From Camelus ferus (Eukaryota), in NCBI RefSeq assembly GCF_009834535.1, contig NC_045697.1, positions 90,398,001 to 90,462,000 on the forward strand: a stretch of 64,000 nt of DNA. The letters run 5' to 3'. The translations under genes were made by a program, and so were the position numbers. Of this stretch, positions 40,190 through 52,310 are shown piece by piece (within the stretch, counting starts at the first letter, position 1; each line of letters starts with the position of its first letter). The notes beneath the pieces are model-generated. The model was not told where the DNA came from. It worked only from the letters and a program-made list of their open reading frames with translations, and did no database searches.

Positions 40190-40830
40190 CAGGTGGTCAT
40201 GCGAGGGTCAGCAGGAACACACTCCGTCAAGCCGGCCGGCAAACTCACTTGCTACCTGCGGCCCGGGTCTCTGAGGGAATCTACTGAGGACGCAGCTGGG
40301 CTCACCGAGCATTCGGACCCCGTAGGGGTTCCCCGAGGGCAATGAGCAACTTCTGCCGCGTCTCCCATCAGCCAGGAATTGCCCAGAATTGACCCCGCGG
40401 CTCCCAGGCTGCCCCGTGCCACACAACATGCACCGGCTCGCACAGGCACGCACAGGCACGCATTGCCACGCACAGGCACGCATAGGCACGCACTGCCACG
40501 CAAGCCACGCACAGCCACGCACAGCTGCCGAGAAGCACCGCCTCCGCCAGTGGCTCTCTTTGCACAGCCCCGCGTAGCGTCGCTGCCGTTCTCCTTGCCT
40601 GTCCTTCTCTCTCCGTTAGAAGAGGCGACTTGCACAGCGCTGTCGTGATCCCTGAGTCTCGCACATACCTGTCACTCCCTTTGAGACACAATGAGGTACT
40701 TGCCGCGTCCCATGCCCGCCGTCAGGTTTCCTGGTCAGGCGGCCGAGATTCCCCCACTCTTTAGCACCCCTTCCCCTCGCGGAGTAAATCCCGACACGCT
40801 TGTCAGAACGTTGTCTTCCTCAGCCGCTCC
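40190..40830. promoter_or_regulatory. CpG island (non-repeat), candidate promoter or regulatory element
   Basis: Only CpG-dense unique segment in an otherwise CpG-depleted window. Several minus-strand splice donors (GT at 40248, 40305, 40668). Confidence 0.75.
40437..40525. repeat. 10-bp tandem repeat, consensus CACAGGCACG, ~9 units with a 30-bp higher-order period
   Basis: cacaggcacg cacaggcacg cattgccacg / cacaggcacg cataggcacg cactgccacg / caagccacg cacagccacg cacagc. Confidence 0.95.
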
Positions 40831-40935
40831 CTGACTTTGTTTCTACGTGACCTGATTTAGACTTCCCTTAACAACCATCTTCCTCTTCCCAAGGCAGCAG
40901 CTCCCCTCTTCTTAGGAACCATAATGGTGGAATGG
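40669..40935 (-). other. Candidate non-coding exon (or first-exon end) of a minus-strand transcript
   Basis: Strong donor CAG|GTATGT; weaker acceptor ttccctgcag; only short ORFs inside. Confidence 0.35.
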
Positions 40936-42984
40936 CTGCAGGGAACCTTTCATTTGTGGGTGGAGGGGGAGTGGGGAAACGAGTTTTTATATACAAAATA
41001 CTCCGTGACATATTTTCTACTTCTATAATCCCATCCCCAAAATATTATTTTTAAAGTGTAATGAAGGGAATCCTAGGATCATTCTGGAAGTCAGACTGCT
41101 AGGTAATTCTCAAATTACTGCCCATAAGATAACCTTTCTGGAAATACATTCAATACATTTTGAGTACGCAAAGAACATGTTGCCGATCCTGCCCAGGCCA
41201 AGAGAGCACGGTGGAACCTGGATGGGCCCTAATAACGTATGTGAAGTGCTTAGCCTGCCATGTATATTGGTATCCAGTGTTAGCTATGATTACCATGCTG
41301 CAAAGAGGGGGCAGAAACAGATTTGAGCAGAGTGCCACAGTAGGAAAAGTACATGTTTAAAGTAGCAAGCCCCGTATCCACATGGACCCGTAAAAAGCTA
41401 AACTGGCCACTAATTCATGCCCAATTTCAAATGCCACCCTAGACCAGCAAACAAAGGACATGCAACACATACTCCTTTTTTTTTTTTTTTTTAATCTCAC
41501 TTTCCATAAAGGAAACTGTAACATTGATCCTGGGGGAAAGACTTGCCACCATTACTTAAAAGGTTCTGTCTTATAATGAAAGGAATGAACCATATACTGA
41601 TACATGATTTGAACCCAAGCTACATATAGTGAGATGCTGTATTACATGATTTGGCTATTTTTAGAAACTGTCACTCTAGAAATGAAAAAATAAGCATATA
41701 CACAATTGGAGATATGTAGAAATAGAATCCTACAGCTTGTTGGACTGAGAGGAGGAAAGGGAGTGGAGGGGCCAGAGAGATGGAGAGAAAGAGTTTTGCT
41801 AACATAAACTCTGAATTGAGGGATTGAGGGGGATGTAGAGGGGATGGGGCAGATGAACTCTTGTGAAAGATGAGTTTGGTTAGGAAACATAAGGAAATCA
41901 GTCGGAACTGATTTTGATAGATTATCTTCCAGATAGAAATAGTAGAGCCTTTCTTTTCATTTTTAAGTATATTTTAAATATGGTATTAATATTTTATATT
42001 TAGTATAATATTAAGAGCCTTTCTTTTTGTTTTCTAAAGGAAAACCTAGCATATGGTTGTTGAAGACTACAAGACCATTCCTCGTTTAAGCCAAGTCCAC
42101 TTAATAAGGTCAGAACAAACTCAAACTTAATGATTTGTGGATTTTTTTAATAAACAGCATACTTTAAGATGGCAAACATATAATGGAAAAAATTTGGTAA
42201 ATCACTTGCAAGTTTATCAGATTAAAACCAGCAACTACTACTATTTCAAATGTTCTTCAGTTTTTATGTTATGTGACTGGAAATCATAGTTTAAATTGTT
42301 AATAAAGTTGCTGCTTGATGTACTGCTCAGCATGTAGTCCTTTAGGAAGGTTATTTTGAAGGTCAAAGCAATGCTGCTAACTAATTGTTATAATCTTAGG
42401 CTTGGAGTAGGAAACACCATGGTGTGTGGGGGAAGAGCTTTCTCTTCAGCACACTATTTAAAGAGATAAAAATAAAGATGTCACTGAAGCTATTTCAGGT
42501 CAATTCTAAAGTATCTACTAAAGGCCCAGGTCACTGGGTGGGGTGGGGGATGTTATATAATGTCTAACAGTGCTTTAAAGTCACTACAATGTAAATTTTT
42601 ATTTCACAAATATTGGTTTATGCCATGTGGTGACTCAAGTAACACTCACAGCTACAACTGTAACATAAAATATTCTAGAGGGAAAAAACATTGAAAAGCC
42701 TCAAGATCAGAACACTATCTTAAACCAAAAGGAAGCTAGGTCAAAACATACCATTTTCATATTAAAATATGAAAGATCATAAAACTTGGATTTTCCTGTA
42801 ACCGAAAAAGGTAACCTCCTGATCAGCTCGTACACAGTCTTATATCGATGTTTATGCACCTCGCAGACTCTTCATATTTGGTTACACTTTTCTGGATGCC
42901 AGCAAAAATCTTCCCTGAAATCAAAAATACCCCCGGGGTAGAATTTCTTTTACCAACAGTACAACTTGAAAACTTGAAGAGTCA

Positions 42985-43002
42985 CAGTGCCCTCTAGTGA
43001 CC
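42985..43002 (-). promoter_or_regulatory. CTCF core motif
   Basis: Minus strand GGTCACTAGAGGGCACTG, one mismatch from the CCASYAGRKGGCRS consensus. Confidence 0.6.
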
Positions 43003-43269
43003 TATTTTTAAGACCTGTTTTTATTTCAATCTCAGAGAACAAAAGTTTAAGTGAATCTTGTACACTTTCAGAGAGTTTTTCCCATAAATGTTTATAAATG
43101 ACAATTTCTCAGGGAGGGAAGGTAACAATCAGCACAGAGCACACTGAAGAATGACTCCTTTTTTTTTTTCCAGTGCTCCCACAGTCACATTGTATCTGGA
43201 GGGCAAAAAAGGCTTAACTCCAATCAATCCTGCGAAACAAGGGCCATTAAAATGTACAGATGTAAAATT

Positions 43270-44250
43270 CTTATCTAGAATTGTGATAAGGACAAGTGTG
43301 TGGAGTTGTGGATCTGTATTTTAGTCCCAGATCTATCTATCAATTCCTGACAATGAGACCTGTGCAAAGGAACTTGGTCTCGCTGCACCTCACTTTTCTT
43401 CATCTGTAAGTGAATAAAGGTTGACAGTGTTGGAGAGGATGCAGGAAAATGAACTCCAAACACTTCTAGTGAGAGCATTAGTGCTTCAGCCTTTCTGGAG
43501 GGAAAACTGGCAGTAACTCTCAAACTAACAGGAATTTTCTAAATTTGTTGCCAGTAACTCTCTCAAAAATCAGGAGTTTCTGAATGTACATTGCCTTAGT
43601 GCCAGAATAATGGCTAATATTTAACTCTTACTCTGTTCCACACACTAAGTGTTTTAAGTATATTTGCTCATTTATTCCTCACAAAAAATCCTATGCATTA
43701 GTACTATAATTAACTCCATTTAAATATTAGGAAATGGAGACACTAAAAGTTGCCCAAGTTTACACAACTAGTAATTGGCAAAGCCTGGATACAAACCCAG
43801 GCATATGATTCAGCATCCACACTGCTAACTAACCATTATGCTATACTTCCAGAGCTTCCTCTTCTGGGAATTTATCCTAAGAAAATAATCAAGAATATGT
43901 ATGACTTTCAATCAGGGTGTTAATCTCAGCATCATTTACAATATAGGGGGAAGAAAGGCAAATAACCTAAATTACCATTAAAATGATTATGTTCAAGCCA
44001 AACCATTGACTGTGTAACCTTGAAGAACATCTAATGACGTGGAGAATGTACCCTCATATATTAAGTGAAAATAGCAGGTTAGAAACATACATGTGTATAT
44101 ACATAAATATGTATAGTGTGCTCCAGTTTTTAAAAATACATATTCAAGAAAAGGGAAGGAAAATTTTACAAGTGTAAATAATAATTATGTCTAGTTGGTG
44201 AGTTTGGGGGTAGTGATTTTTAGTTTCTTTTTCTATACCCATTTTCTTAA
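43270..44250. mobile_element. Interleaved MIR and ancient L1ME fragments
   Basis: cctcacttttcttcatctgtaa (MIR); ctttctggagggaaaactggcagt and cttctgggaatttatcctaag (L1ME); ttgcccaagtttacacaactagtaattggca (MIR). Confidence 0.6.
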
Positions 44251-44975
44251 TGTTTTAAATTAATTCTAAAAATACTTTATTTTTTATAAGGGGTTCAGGC
44301 CAAATGTGCTATAAGATACTTTCTAGCTCTAAATTTCTATTATTTTGAATGTGATAAATAGAGATTAGTCAAGGAATTTTAGAACTAGGAGAAGGAAGAA
44401 AAAACTATTACCATCTCTCCCGCAGTTTCCCAATCTGTTTGATCTTCAGAATCACCTGGGGAAATCAAAGTACAAACTCCCTGCCATCGTCTGTCCCTGA
44501 TCTAAATCACCTGAGGATGATTCTTGTGATTTAGCAGGGTGGGGAACTACTAATTTACTCCCATTGCATCTTTTCAGTCCTCTCACTAGCCATAAAATAG
44601 CATTCTTATAAACCAAAAGCAGACTAGAGCCATCATATACCATTGGTTATTATAAGCAATCCAGTTAATATTGATATTGACAAATTTTAATTTCAGGTTA
44701 AATTTCCTAATTTTCTTGAGGAAAAATGCATCTTAAGATAAACAACAAATTTACTAATTAAAAAAATTTTATACTTAGAAATAATTAAAGTTACACCCAC
44801 TAACACTGAGCAGAGAGAATGTATTCTTACCTATATTCATTGCAAATAGCTTGTCCACATTTCTCAACTACATGCTTATTTAAAGGAACTAAGACACAAA
44901 ATCAGACCATCCCTCCACCCTGAAAAAACATATTTGATACTCTGGAGGGAAGGGGCAGTTCAGTTAATGTAGAAA

Positions 44976-45650
44976 TTTTTTTAACATTTTTTTATTGATT
45001 TATAATCATTTTACAATGTTGTGTCAAATTTCAGTGTAGAGCACAATTTTTCAGTTATACATGAACATATATATATAATTCATTGCCACATTTTTTTCTC
45101 TGTGAGCTACCATAAGATCTTGTATATATTTCCCTGTGCTATACAATATAATCTTGTTTATCTGTTCTACATTTTGAAATCCCAGTCTATCCCTTCCCAC
45201 CCCCTCACACCCTTGGCAACCACAAGTTTGTATTCTATGTCTATGAGTCTGTTTCTGTCTTGTGTTTATGTTTTGTTTGTTTGTTTGTTTTTAGATTCCA
45301 CATATGAGCAATCTCATATGGTATTTTTCTCTTTCTGGCTTACTTCACTTAGAATGACATTCTCCAGGAACATCCATGTTGCTGCAAATGGCATTATGTT
45401 GTCAGTTTTTATGGCTGAATAGTATTCCATTGTATAACTATACCACATCTTCTTTATCCAGTTATCTGTTGATGGACATTTAGGCTGTTTCCATGTCTTG
45501 GCTATTGTAAATAGTGCTGCTATGAACATTGGGGTGCAGGTGTCATTTTGAAGTAGGGTTCCTTCTGGATATGTGCCCAGGAGCAGGATTCCTGGGTCAT
45601 ATGGTAAGTCTATTCCTAGTCTTTTGAGGAATCTCCATACTGTTTTCTAC
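44976..45650 (-). mobile_element. Young L1 3' fragment (5'-truncated)
   Basis: Reverse complement of the young L1 3' end, including ORF2 C-terminal [19 protein letters not shown]; imperfect flanking repeat aatgtagaaattt / aatgcagaagaaattt. Confidence 0.92.
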
Positions 45651-46374
45651 AATGCAGAAGAAATTTAGTTTTAATCAAAACATTGTCCAAAGGTTCTCAA
45701 TAGTCCTAGTTGCACAGAGTAAGGAAAAGACACTCTGCACACAGTGAGAGCATTTATGAAGAGAAGGAAAGACTTATAAAATCTCCCTTGAAAAGTTTAA
45801 GTATTTGTCACCATTTTACAGCTACTTGGCATATTTTTAGAGCAGCAATTTTTATTTGCGGTATAGTAACCTAAGTGAGTCGCAAATTAACTGTACAGAA
45901 AGAGATAAAGTTACACTAACTCTCAAGAGATGCATGTCACCAGAGTCTATCTTATCCAAGTCACAGACTTAGTTGCATGGTATACCCATGTCATTTTGCC
46001 TGAAGATATCTACCACAAGGTGTACCTCAGCAGAAAACAGGGGGCTGACTGCTGATCTAAAAAATGATAGGTAAATAGAACTGAAAGGTAAGACGGTTCA
46101 TCTCTCATTCCTAACATTCAAAAGAAAGTATCTCCTGATGTAGCAGTCTTGACAAGAAAAAAAAAATACATATGCACATTCATAAAACATTTAAAAATAA
46201 AAACCAGGACCAAGGTTGAATTAAAAAAAACTCTGTGAAAATAGTTTGGCAAAAGCAGGCATCGTGGTGACATGAATTGTGGGTAGCGTGTGCTGCTGGC
46301 TTGATTGCTTCCGTGACTTGTCAGATAACACCTACCCCAAGCTCTAACTGCAGACTCTGCTTCAATTCCCTTAC

Positions 46375-46453
46375 CTGAGTTTTCACTCTGCTTTCTCACA
46401 GTCTTGGAAAATGTTCTACTCAAGGCAGCAAGTACACACACAGTCCAGATGAA
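46375..46453 (-). other. Candidate 79-nt internal exon of a minus-strand transcript
   Basis: Polypyrimidine acceptor tgctctttttcttggtctcttgccaccttaattatAG and donor CAG|GTAAGG, in unique sequence. Confidence 0.4.
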
Positions 46454-47027
46454 CTATAATTAAGGTGGCAAGAGACCAAGAAAAAGAGCAGGCAGTGTTA
46501 GTTCAATTGTTTCCTTTGCACGGGCAGCAGATGGACTCAAGGTCTAATAACCCTTTTGTACTTCAGCTAAGGCTGACAATATATCATTATGCTCAGATGG
46601 GAGCAAGAAGAAGGTGCCTAGCAACTTGGACTTGGAATGCCTGGGCTTTTGTCAATTTACGTCATAATCTTCATATTAAACAGGCTCACTCTCATTTGCC
46701 AGTCATCACCTCATTTTATGTTTTTCAAACACAAGAAGATTAAATAGTCTTTCCTGAAAGTACTTTAGCTCCTTAGATATAGAACAGTAGTAGTATTTAG
46801 GAGTCTCCCCTTATAAATGTGTACATAAAACTGCCATGAGCCTTGATGGAAATTATATCAGCAAGTTGGGGGGCCTACCATGGGTAATATTTTCATTAGC
46901 CACAGTATGCACATAACCCAGGCTCTTTTTGGAATTCAGTGAGCTACCACGGACTATTTTTTTGGACCCCATTACCCTTGTGTTCTTGTATTTTATGTGT
47001 GTAAGAAGTCATTAGAACTTCTATTTC

Positions 47028-47082
47028 AATAATAATAATAATAATAATAATAATGATAATAATGATAATAATAATAAAATAA
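47028..47082. repeat. (AAT)n microsatellite
   Basis: Direct reading; it explains the poly-Ile ORF at 46944-47138. Confidence 0.95.
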
Positions 47083-47179
47083 GGGGGGAGGGTATAGCTC
47101 AAGTGGTAGATTGCATGCTTGGCAAGCATGAGGTCCAAGATTCAATCCCCAGTACCTCCATTTAAAAAAAAAAGAAGAG
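47083..47179 (+). mobile_element. tRNA-derived SINE (Vic-1-like)
   Basis: ggggagggtatagctcaagtggtagattgcatgcttggcaagcatgaggtccaagattcaatccccagtacctcca plus A tail; same family as 7287-7465. Confidence 0.85.
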
Positions 47180-48365
47180 GAAGTTCTATTTCTATTTAGT
47201 TTTATCTTTTCTCTTTGAATCTCTGTGTTTTATAATGCAAATGAAATGTGTGCATTTTAGACTGTGTGCTCAAAAACATTTTAGATGCCTAGATCATGGT
47301 GTGTGCTCAATTAATAGTTGATGAAGGACAATAAGAAGGAAAGAATGAAGAAAGGAAGGAGATCTGAGAATGAATGAAAATCACCTATCAATGGACCACA
47401 TGCCCCTCTCACAATGCAGTGCAGGAAGAAAATTCTGTTAGTAACGTATGACAGGGAGGACAAAAATCACCACTTCTCTCTAATATCCTACTATGATGTC
47501 TAATGTCAATCCAGGAGGAAGACAGAGCTTATTAAGCTTTCATTTTACTCTTTGGTGAAAAAGAGACATATTGGGAAAAATTAATTTCTATCAGGAAACC
47601 CAGAAATATTAGTTCGGGATTTAAATAAATACCCAATCCTAAGGCCCCAGGTAAATAATTTAACATACAGCTCGCGTTCTCCTAAATTTCTCACTGCAGA
47701 TGCCAGTGCAAAAACAGAGATCATTATATAGACAATGAGTCTAAATTATCACTGAACTCTTACAAATCTTTTTTTCAACAAAAAGATGGAAAAAAAGTTG
47801 CAAATATAATTATCATTAATTATGATGAAAAACGTACAATCATGTATGTTATTCATAAGTGGACCCACCCTCCCCAGTAGCCATGGACATTTGGAGTCTG
47901 AAATAACTTCAAGGAGGAGAAAGTACAGAGATTTTTATGGACCACATAGTTCTCATCAGCTCAGGAGAAAGAGGAAATGTCCTAGTCCAAACCTGACTTG
48001 GAAGAGGAAACTTTTCCCAACATTTTGTAGATGAATGTTTGTCTAATATATCTTCTCCGCTCTTCTCCCAGTACTGAACTCTCCTGCCATATGACAACCT
48101 CTAGTGAGAAAAGTTATATCCATCTCATCCTTATCTTATCCCTATCATCCTATGGTATATAACCATATACTTGGAAGATCTCAAGTTAAGTAAATGTTAC
48201 AAAGGGCCATAAAATAGTACGGAGAATAAAAATGTGAGAAAAGCAATTAGTGAAAAAATTAATGGAGGCAACGGAGAAACAAAAAGAAAGTCACTGTAGC
48301 CAGGCCATTTAGGGCTTCTCTCTTGAGTAAATAATGTCATATTCCTGTTTTAAACACAAAGAAGA

Positions 48366-48467
48366 TTTTTTTTTTTTACTTTTGTTTTGAAGTGTAGTCA
48401 GTTTACAATTTCTGGTGTCCAGCCCAATGCTTCAGTCATACATGAATACACATATTTGTTTTCCTAT
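48366..48467 (-). mobile_element. Very short L1 3' end
   Basis: T tract, gaagtgtagtcagtttacaatttctggtgtccagc; flanking aagaagattt / aagaagaattt. Confidence 0.7.
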
Positions 48468-50229
48468 TAAGAAGAATTTTTTTCTTCCTTATCTTTTACA
48501 TCCATTCCAAATCTGTTGAAATATTATTGGACCTTTTCAAGATTGGTATTAAACTTCTACAAGATCTAATATTTTAGAATTCCTTATGTAGAGGGATAAA
48601 AGAAGCCAAAAATTCTTCTCCAGGGTCCTAATTTCAGCTGGACAGCTAACTTCCTGCAGAACCTTGAGAATGTATTATAACCTTTCCAGGTCAAGGCCAT
48701 GACTTTCTCATTGGTAAAATGGAGCTAAATTATCTTTCTGTACTTTCCTCATAAATTATTTTGAAATCCAAAACACTGGGAAGTTTTAAAACATTGTGTT
48801 ACTTTTTTTTCCTCCAAAGATTAAAAGGGATCATCCCTCCAATGAGGGGAAGACACGACATCTTCAGGATTAAGTCATTTTAGATGCTTAAATGTACAAC
48901 ATTCTTAAGAAGGAGCCTCAAACCTTCAGCTCTGGATGACCTCTCACAATTGAGCCACTGTTTTAATACATTCTTACAATGCCAAGGTTTTAGAAAAGAG
49001 GGTAAAAATACCTTCTTTGGGCAATTTTTGTGCAAATGGAACAGCTTATTAAAGATTCCCTCAATGAGAATGTGTAAACACTGGTCTTGGCCACAAAGAA
49101 ACAATTTCCTGGGGCAAACTTCATGGTCTGATTTCCCAGAACTACCCTGGAAACTGAGCAGAAGGAGACGCCTTATACTGCTTTGTCTGTAGCCACAAAA
49201 TATACACATAGGGTCCCACCCAGCCTGAATTTAACCCTGTGCCCCCCAGAAAGAACAAAAATAATAATAGAACTTCCATAATGAGGCCATTGTACTATAA
49301 AAATAGTATTTGCACTATCTACACATGAAAGCCAAATATAATTATGGTCCAGGAAGCTAAGTTCCTTCAGAGTGGAAATGTGAACAGGTACCCTGTGATA
49401 ATATTTTCTAGGAAAGAAACCATTCAAGGTTACCTCTGCTCCTCTCAGCGATATTTAGTTTAAATCCGACCTAGGGTGGAGGAGGAGAGCACTTGCTATT
49501 TTACTCCATTTAGAGTACTTAATGGATCTAAGTTAATATTTACAAGAAAACATCTTACTGTCAAATGTTAATTTTTTTTAATTGTCATTATTGTAATTGT
49601 CAATCTACCAGAAGAAGGTTTAGAACAAGTCACTCAGACTTACTCTATTATTCTATGGTTAGCTACATCTCTACTACCATGCTATGTCCAAAATCAGGCT
49701 TACCAATGTCTTTGTATCCTACTCCCATCCCATCAAATAAGTTTACTGCTAAGATCACCCACTTTTGTTAGCTGATTGGAAACTATAGTGTCAGCATCGA
49801 CTACTCTCTTTCCTTCTCTCTGAATACTCAACTGATCAACATCCTTTTAAGTATTTCCTAGAAGTGACTGTCTGCTGCTGCCATGGTCCAGGCCTTTAGC
49901 ATCCTACTCTGATTGCCTCTCACCTTGCCTTTCCACCATTGCTTCTCAACACTAGATGTACTTTAGAATTTGAGAAACACCCTAAACCTTTCATACAAAT
50001 ATCCCTAACTTCTTGTTGCTTGCCTGCTTCACTCAAAATAATGAGAGCTTTTAGTGTAGGAGCATGTGGAATTTTTTAAATAATTTTTAAATGGGAGTAT
50101 TTTATAGTAATATTTATATTCATGCTATCAAAGGACACACAAGTATTTCTGATCTCTCAGTGTAAAATGCCTGTGCCATTTACTTTGCAGGAAAAATTGT
50201 TCTCTGCTGTAACTGAGTTAGAAATAGTT

Positions 50230-50420
50230 ATTGCTATTATATGATGTGATTGAAAGAGCACAGGACTAGGGATTTGCATTTTAGTTCTGATTCTTGGTTA
50301 TTTATTCTGCTGAGCTCCACTTCTCATTTTTTTAGTGAGAATAATCGTATTTTCCCTACATACCTCACAGAATTATTGTCAGGATTAAATGAGATAATAT
50401 GTATGAAAAAGTATGAATAA
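50230..50420 (+). mobile_element. MIR SINE
   Basis: tacctcacagaattattgtcaggattaaatgagataat. Confidence 0.7.
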
Positions 50421-51639
50421 CTATAAATTCCAAATGCCCTCCTCTTCAGCATACTTTATTTCTAAATAGACTATAAACCCTTAGATTAACTCTAGTTTAA
50501 GTAAATATTGAAAATTAAGCGTTATTCTACAAAGAAGAAAAAGCATTTTTCAACAGTTCTTGTCTCTGTAATCACGTATGCTTGAGGCTATACACCAGAG
50601 GAAGCCCTCTCTGCTTAAAGGAAGTATAAGTCAGAGTATGTGACACTTTCTCCCTCATCTGTAAATACTCCCCACTGTCCTTGGCAAACCATCCCCAAAC
50701 CTGCAAATAATTCCTGCTCCCTAATTTCAAAGACAAGAAGAAGCGGCAAAACCAACAGGTAAACAGCCAGCCATGTCTTGCTTCCGCATAAGTTCCTCAG
50801 GCCTGGTTCTCCTCCAAGTTCCCCTGTAAAGAGGGCTAGAGGAAGATAGAGGAGAAGCTGCTACTGAGAGAGAGGGTGTTTACCTCTGGGGAGGGCGCCT
50901 CCTCATTGGTTTGCTGATGAGAAGAGAGAGTGTATCTAAATGTAAAAAAATAACAGGATGGCATTGAATGAGTGCAAGGGGAAGGTAGAAGGCCAAGACG
51001 ACTTTCAGCCCAAAACCACACAGCAGACACTCGAATCTAAATCTGCCTTGGATCCTAGGTCCCCACTTAAAGATTAATCTAGACTATCTCCTGATTCAGG
51101 GGCCAAAAAAATATTCAGGTCAACTGAAGTGATTTATAATCATATCCCAATATACCAGATAAATCCTAGTTAAGTTCATATCCCATGGGATCTTAGCCAA
51201 AAACCAAACAAGTAACAACAACAACAAACTCTTCTCGTAAACAGAAGTGACTCATACCAAACATCCTTATCCTAGATGTTTAGAAACACGGGCAAGTTTT
51301 AACAACCCAATACATGTTTCTGAATATGAATTTAGAGGATTCTTCAGTTAAACTGTTTATAAACGCAGTATTCATTTACCTTCTTATTCAGTTGAGAAAT
51401 TATTTATTGATTATGTTGAAGGTAAATTGGCAAAATACATTTCTTCTCTCTAAGAGCTTACAGTATAGTATTAAGTTTCTCAATCATTTGGAGTTACTGA
51501 ATCGTTCGAAACCTGGTAAAAAAAAATAGATCTGCTTTTACCAGAAATGCACAATACTTGTAAAATTTGCATCAGTGTGAAGGGTTGAAGACTACTTGAT
51601 GCTTATTAAGAACTCTTAATGTTGAAAGAAAAATAGGTA

Positions 51640-52310
51640 TGAAGATAATACAAAATAGTATAGTATTAAAGCAATAAGATCTGCTCTAAGAGCTTAGACC
51701 AAGGAGCATTTATTTGGGTGTAAAATGCTCGGGTAAGGATTCATGATAGAGGACACTTTGGGGCTAGTCCTTAAAGGATGAATAGGGCTTTGCCAGACAG
51801 GGATGGGGTAAGGAAACAGCGTTTAAGGCTATAGGAATAACATAAACCAAAGTAGGGGATCACATAAATGTATGCATATTAAGTATTTACAAACAAGAAA
51901 AAATTTAAAATTCCACTAGAAAACTTAGATTTCATCCTACATATAATGCCAAGTCATTAATATTTTTTAAATAAGAGAGATATCGTCAGAATGGTGCATT
52001 AGCAGGATTATCCTAGTGACAGTAAGGAATGAATTGGTGTGGATAAAGATTAAAGATAGAGAGAAGGTTGTTGCAATGGTATAAGGAACTAGTAATGAGT
52101 CAGTGGAAGTAAGGCTCATGTAACTAATGACACTTAAGAGATAGAACCAAGTAAAATTGGCCATCGATTAAAATGTGGAGGGTACAGCAGAAGGAGGAAT
52201 TAGAGGTGATTACAAAGATATCTCTTTCAAAAATGTTAGGAAACCCAGGAAATGAAGTGCATTTTGAGTGGAAGATCAGCTTGTTTAGGGCAGATTGAGT
52301 TTGAGCTATT
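51640..52310 (-). mobile_element. LINE-2 fragment
   Basis: ctagtccttaaaggatgaatagggctttgccagacag, gagaaggttgttgcaatggtataagg. Confidence 0.55.

Noticed and set aside
40437..40525. Regularly spaced repeats as a CRISPR-like array
   Set aside because: Head-to-tail 10-bp units with no unique spacers, in mammalian DNA with no cas genes.
40033..40691. Several overlapping 60-127 aa ORFs in the CpG island
   Set aside because: They are explained by high GC and the tandem repeat, give low-complexity translations, and show no known protein similarity.
46944..47138. ORF with a poly-isoleucine run
   Set aside because: It is the translation of the (AAT)n microsatellite and adjacent SINE.
47083..47160. 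tRNA gene
   Set aside because: Degenerate B box and stem pairing, A tail, and a second family copy at 7287-7465 identify it as a tRNA-derived SINE.
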